47,799 bases of DNA from a virus (taxonomy: Duplodnaviria; Caudoviricetes). Under the pieces are notes generated by a model. The model searched no databases, was not told the origin of the DNA, and saw only the letters and a list, made by a program, of their open reading frames with translations. Shown piece by piece: positions 44,416 to 47,799 of the stretch (position 1 is the stretch's first letter; the number at the start of each line of letters is the position of its first letter). The stretch covers positions 1 to 47,799 of the IMG/VR virus record IMGVR_UViG_3300032075_000005; one strand, 5' to 3'. A program made the translations under genes and the position numbers.

Positions 44416-44640
44416 CTAGTATATCCTCTTGCGCGCTTTCTGACGCCTGTCAAGTTCTTCTTGACTAAGTGGCAATTTCTCTTCTAGTGGACTAGGTGTT
44501 GTTGGAGTAACACGTTGTCCAGCTTTTTGTGCAGCTCGACTTTCTTGCTGGTATGTACCTAGTGCCTCACCAGGATTTTGTTGCCGGTATTGCATATCCT
44601 TGAATATCTGAGCTTCGTCGCGCTTATCTCTCTCAGACAT
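44416..44640 (-). CDS. Hypothetical protein
   Basis: AGGAG RBS. Confidence 0.7.
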   Translation of the reverse strand: MSERDKRDEAQIFKDMQYRQQNPGEALGTYQQESRAAQKAGQRVTPTTPSPLEEKLPLSQEELDRRQKARKRIY

Positions 44641-44653
44641 AAATAGCTCCTGA

Positions 44654-44668
44654 AGTTAGATTTTAACC
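44654..44668. promoter_or_regulatory. Solo 15-bp palindrome AGTTAGATTTTAACC immediately after the capsid stop codon
   Basis: Matches the motif with one mismatch, with a CTGA flank. Confidence 0.75.
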
Positions 44669-45958
44669 TTACGGACGATCCAAACCTATACCGTTAAGCA
44701 ATCCAAATTTCAGTGGATGATGGTACTCTAAGCCGCACTCTGTTAACCACTCCTCCTTGGTTCCATCAAGCCGCTCATGTGAGGGCGAAACTTTCGTGGT
44801 GTCCATGCTCATGAAAGTCGTGTCGTCAATGTAGCGATATTTGAGCATACTCGGCTCAAGTACTACCATTAAATTTCGCGTCGTTAACTCGTAACTGAAT
44901 AGCGGATGTGTCATTAAGTTGATAGTGCCAAAGGGTGAAATCCACTGCATAACCTTAAGCCCATAGGAAGTAGACATTGGTGTGAGGTTAATTTGTCCAG
45001 CTGCTTTTGCAAGGCGGTTAATGCCGAGTATGGCACCGCTGCCTGCAAACACCATCTTATCGCCGCTTCCATAACGGAAGATTACTTCCATTGCTGCATC
45101 TAGCCACGCTTCACCACCAACTATCCAATCAGTACCTGCTGTAATGCCAGCGTCAGTAGTGTAATTGAATACGTTTGTTGGTGCACCTGTCTTAATTGCC
45201 TGAATCAAGCCCATAGTAGTACGTTCGGGCTTACCATTAGTGCCAACGTTTTCAGTCTTGATGCCCCAGAAGAAGGCTTTCTCAAGTTCAATTGAGTGAA
45301 GTTCGAGTGCTTCACGTTTTGCTTCTTTGTACGCATCTTCAGTACGCAGTCGGGTTTTGCGTGCAGTACGAGTAATATCGAGTGGAGTACGAAAGATTTG
45401 CGTGAAGTTATTCCACTTTACTGGATCATAGGCAATAGCATCAGGAATCGGTGCGCCTTCAGCATTGATGTTACCAATAACAAGTATTGTATCGCAGCTG
45501 CCTAATGTAGTAGCACCACCGTTGTCGTCGGCCTCAAGCAGTCTTACGACAAGCTGTGAGTTAGCACCAGCGAGAGTACGGCCAGTAACTTTAGCATTAA
45601 CATCCACGTTGAGATTAGTGCTTACACGCAGCAGAACTTGATGGCCGACACGAAATTCAGTAGCAATAGCTTGTGCTAGTTTAACGTAAAGTGTTGCGCC
45701 AGCTGTACCGCCAGTAGTGTATGCAGTAAGCATACCTGAATCAGTGTACACATCAGTAACAGCGCCACCCTGAGCTGGCAGCAATTTTGTCCACCAATTG
45801 AATTCGGGATCATCAACTACTTCTTCACCCATCTTACTGAGTAAGCCAGTAAGTGGGGCTGATCCATTCGGATACAAATAAAGTATTCCTTGCCGCCAGT
45901 TTTTGGGACGCTCATCAGTTGCCCAGTCACCAGTTCCACGCATTCCCATGAAAGCCAT
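44669..45958 (-). CDS. Major capsid protein (SU10/DUF5309-like)
   Basis: NFTQIFRT..S/T.TA..E.EKAFFWG..TMGL..FGTINL..HPLF..TECGLE. Confidence 0.88.
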   Translation of the reverse strand: MAFMGMRGTGDWATDERPKNWRQGILYLYPNGSAPLTGLLSKMGEEVVDDPEFNWWTKLLPAQGGAVTDVYTDSGMLTAYTTGGTAGATLYVKLAQAIATEFRVGHQVLLRVSTNLNVDVNAKVTGRTLAGANSQLVVRLLEADDNGGATTLGSCDTILVIGNINAEGAPIPDAIAYDPVKWNNFTQIFRTPLDITRTARKTRLRTEDAYKEAKREALELHSIELEKAFFWGIKTENVGTNGKPERTTMGLIQAIKTGAPTNVFNYTTDAGITAGTDWIVGGEAWLDAAMEVIFRYGSGDKMVFAGSGAILGINRLAKAAGQINLTPMSTSYGLKVMQWISPFGTINLMTHPLFSYELTTRNLMVVLEPSMLKYRYIDDTTFMSMDTTKVSPSHERLDGTKEEWLTECGLEYHHPLKFGLLNGIGLDRP

Positions 45959-46013
45959 AATATTATCCTTCGTCAGTTGGCTCTGAAGCCCAGCACTACT
46001 TCAGAAGGTTAAG

Positions 46014-46244
46014 TTATAAAGTTTGCTCTTCTTCTTCCTCAGGAGGCGGAGGAGGCGGAGGAGCTTCTGTAGTTTGAACTGTCAATGTACGTGTTGATAC
46101 TTGTGCTGGTGTGCCAGCATTATATTCGGTGCCGTCAGTAAGCTTGAAAACATGCCCTTCTTCAATTAGGCGCTCTTCAGTAGTGGAGCCTAGTAACTTG
46201 TCTAAGCAGTGCCGATCATAACGCGATACATATATTTCTGACAT
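46014..46244 (-). CDS. Hypothetical protein with Pro/Glu tail
   Basis: AAGGA RBS; lies between scaffold and capsid. Confidence 0.7.
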   Translation of the reverse strand: MSEIYVSRYDRHCLDKLLGSTTEERLIEEGHVFKLTDGTEYNAGTPAQVSTRTLTVQTTEAPPPPPPPEEEEEQTL

Positions 46245-46261
46245 AATTAGTTCCTTAATTA

Positions 46262-46996
46262 CTATAGGTCAACGAGTTCCATTATCTCTTTTTCGATGCC
46301 TACTAATTCAGGCTCGAGATTAGCTTTACGGCCTCGTTGAGGTGCGAAACTCTTACTCGGCTTAACTACGGCATCACGCGCCTCAAGCTTCTTAAGTTTT
46401 AGCGCGGTGCGAACATGAGTTGCAGTTTTCGCGAATACCTCCTGTGGTTTAAGTTCAGGATTATCTCTCGAGATGTCCTTTGCATACGCAGCAACAGTGC
46501 GCCGGAATGGGCGCAAGTCTTCATTTTGCTCATAGAACTCCTTAACCATCTCACTCATTGTGAGTTGCTCTCGCACGTAGCGCGAGACAAGATCTTGCAC
46601 AGAGCCAAGCACATTGTCTGAAGCTCGGCGCATCGACTCGCTAACGCCACGATTGTATACAGCAAGTAGAAGTCGGTTGAGATTCTCGCTACTGCTGAGT
46701 ACTTCGTCGAGGTCAAGTCCATCGAGAAAGTCTGGATCAGATTCTGGCTCTCGAGTAGTTTCTTCATTGACTGGTACCTCACGCTCTAACTGCAAGCGCC
46801 TACCAGTCTCCTCCTCTAAGCGAGCAAGTAGTGCTGATTCGTGATCACCTTCTTCATCAGGTAAAGGTTCACCAGCTGGATCTACAGGCTCATTTGGCTC
46901 CTCAGGAACTTCACGTGGATCAGGCGGTAATTGAGGCTCAGGTTCAGTGTGAGTCGGTTCTGGTCCGAAATCTAATAAGTCAAAGTTCTCGGCCAT
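46262..46996 (-). CDS. Capsid scaffolding protein
   Basis: Acidic disordered N-terminus and helical C-terminus, upstream of the capsid gene. Confidence 0.7.
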   Translation of the reverse strand: MAENFDLLDFGPEPTHTEPEPQLPPDPREVPEEPNEPVDPAGEPLPDEEGDHESALLARLEEETGRRLQLEREVPVNEETTREPESDPDFLDGLDLDEVLSSSENLNRLLLAVYNRGVSESMRRASDNVLGSVQDLVSRYVREQLTMSEMVKEFYEQNEDLRPFRRTVAAYAKDISRDNPELKPQEVFAKTATHVRTALKLKKLEARDAVVKPSKSFAPQRGRKANLEPELVGIEKEIMELVDL

Positions 46997-47228
46997 TATG
47001 CTCTCCTTCTAACGCAAGTATTATATTCTGTGGCAAACTAAGGAAGTGACGACAGGCTTCAGCGATACCCTGAAATCGTTTTATCTCACTCATATCTTCT
47101 TCTATTTCAAGTTTGTTGCGTACGTCATCAAGCCACGCGTCTATTTCGCGTACTAAATCATTCCAGGCAACGGATTCTAGTAAAGCATGATGTTCTGCAA
47201 GTGTTGCGTGTAAGTTTTGTTCTGACAT
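46980..47228 (-). CDS. Hypothetical protein (portal-adjacent)
   Basis: ESVAW..FQG...L.LP pattern typical of small genes after the portal. Confidence 0.7.
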   Translation of the reverse strand: MSEQNLHATLAEHHALLESVAWNDLVREIDAWLDDVRNKLEIEEDMSEIKRFQGIAEACRHFLSLPQNIILALEGEHNGREL

Positions 47229-47240
47229 TTAAATACCTTT

Positions 47241-47487
47241 GCGCGATAGATCGCGCGATTCCGCATCACGGCACGCAGTCCAGTTAGCGTATTAGTTGTA
47301 CTGTAAGATCGACCTACCAAATCCATCAGCGGGCCAACCTGCTTCGCAGTGGCCCTTTCATATAACCCCTCGGAGGGTTAGCCACGGGATGGATGCGGCG
47401 CTGTAAGCGATTGGGCCTGCCAGCGACGGAGGCCGTAGCTCGATCGTGTTGCTCATAGGACCAGTTCGGTTAAATTCTAACATCAGC
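47241..47487 (+). repeat. Dispersed structured element G
   Basis: Hairpin GCGCGAT/ATCGCGC, then GATTCCGCA..GCAGTCCA; CAGTGGCCCT..CATATAACC..TCGGAGG shared with B; ends GGTTAAATTCTAACA-TCAGC. Confidence 0.8.
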
Positions 47488-47799
47488 CCTGTTCCAATAG
47501 TGATACTAATTCACCATTCGCCACCTGATTTAGGACTTGCTCATCTGGCGCAGCTGATACTTGTGCTGCTGGCTGCTGCCGCTCGAAAGCATCTACATTC
47601 TTAGCACCTAATGAAGTGGCGATGTACTTGAAGATATTTACTATGTCAAAGTGCTGCATTAGCTCCGGGTTGGAGCCGATAGTCTGGAAGAGTTGCGTCC
47701 ATACATCGCTGAAATTGCCGCCAGGAATGCTGCCGTCTCGCACTATGAGATCGTAGTCCACTAGCATGTCTATAGGTGATACCTTAATACGTTGGTCCT
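47483..47799 (-). CDS. Portal protein, 3' part
   Basis: In-frame continuation of the ORF starting at 1775; ends ...VANGELVSLLEQG*. Confidence 0.85.
   Translation of the reverse strand, partial: DQRIKVSPIDMLVDYDLIVRDGSIPGGNFSDVWTQLFQTIGSNPELMQHFDIVNIFKYIATSLGAKNVDAFERQQPAAQVSAAPDEQVLNQVANGELVSLLEQG
47673..47799. repeat. Terminal direct repeat (copy 2)
   Basis: Identical to 1-127. Confidence 0.95.

Noticed and set aside
46007-46021. Twelfth palindrome copy (GGTTAAGTTATAAAG)
   Set aside because: Only one arm matches the consensus, so it was not counted.
9266-47487. Elements as clusters of restriction-site decoys (CAGCAG, ACCTGC, CTGGAG, TCCAAC)
   Set aside because: The motifs I spot-checked (CAGCAG, ACCTGC, CTGGAG) also occur freely in coding regions, so no depletion elsewhere supports the idea.
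1-47799. Stop-codon reassignment, tRNA genes, integrase
   Set aside because: Core genes are intact in the standard code, and I noticed no cloverleaf with a TTCRA T-loop and no recombinase motifs by eye; a tRNAscan and HMM run should confirm.

Overview
This is a complete, circularly permuted dsDNA tailed-phage genome (podovirus-like, about 47,672 bp unique). Bases 1-127 repeat at 47673-47799, probably an assembly overlap, and the portal gene crosses that junction. The + strand arm (about 5.3-22.7 kb) holds the early and replication genes: hairpin-punctuated small-gene cassettes, a GIY-YIG protein, MazG, a SLOG protein, a PD-(D/E)XK nuclease, a Sak4-like ATPase, an SSB-like protein, a ParB-methyltransferase fusion, a UDG-PolA fusion and a DUF3987-like NTPase. 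The - strand arm holds terminase, portal, scaffold, capsid, tail, internal virion and lysis genes. There are five HNH genes. I recognised no integrase, primase, RNA polymerase, tRNA or CRISPR array. The most unusual signal is non-coding: about 8 dispersed 190-260 bp structured intergenic elements plus 2 mini-copies. Each opens with a GC-rich hairpin, carries short sequence modules shared in shuffled order, and (except copy H) ends at a 15-bp palindrome GGTTARNNNYTAACC, of which I found 11 copies. Element orientation is independent of local transcription. Features missed by the ORF track include a -1 frameshift joining two virion ORFs, a likely AUU-initiated GIY-YIG gene, a ~213-bp imperfect AT-rich palindrome, and paired three-way-junction leaders on two HNH genes. 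All functional calls come from motif recognition by eye; no searches were run.
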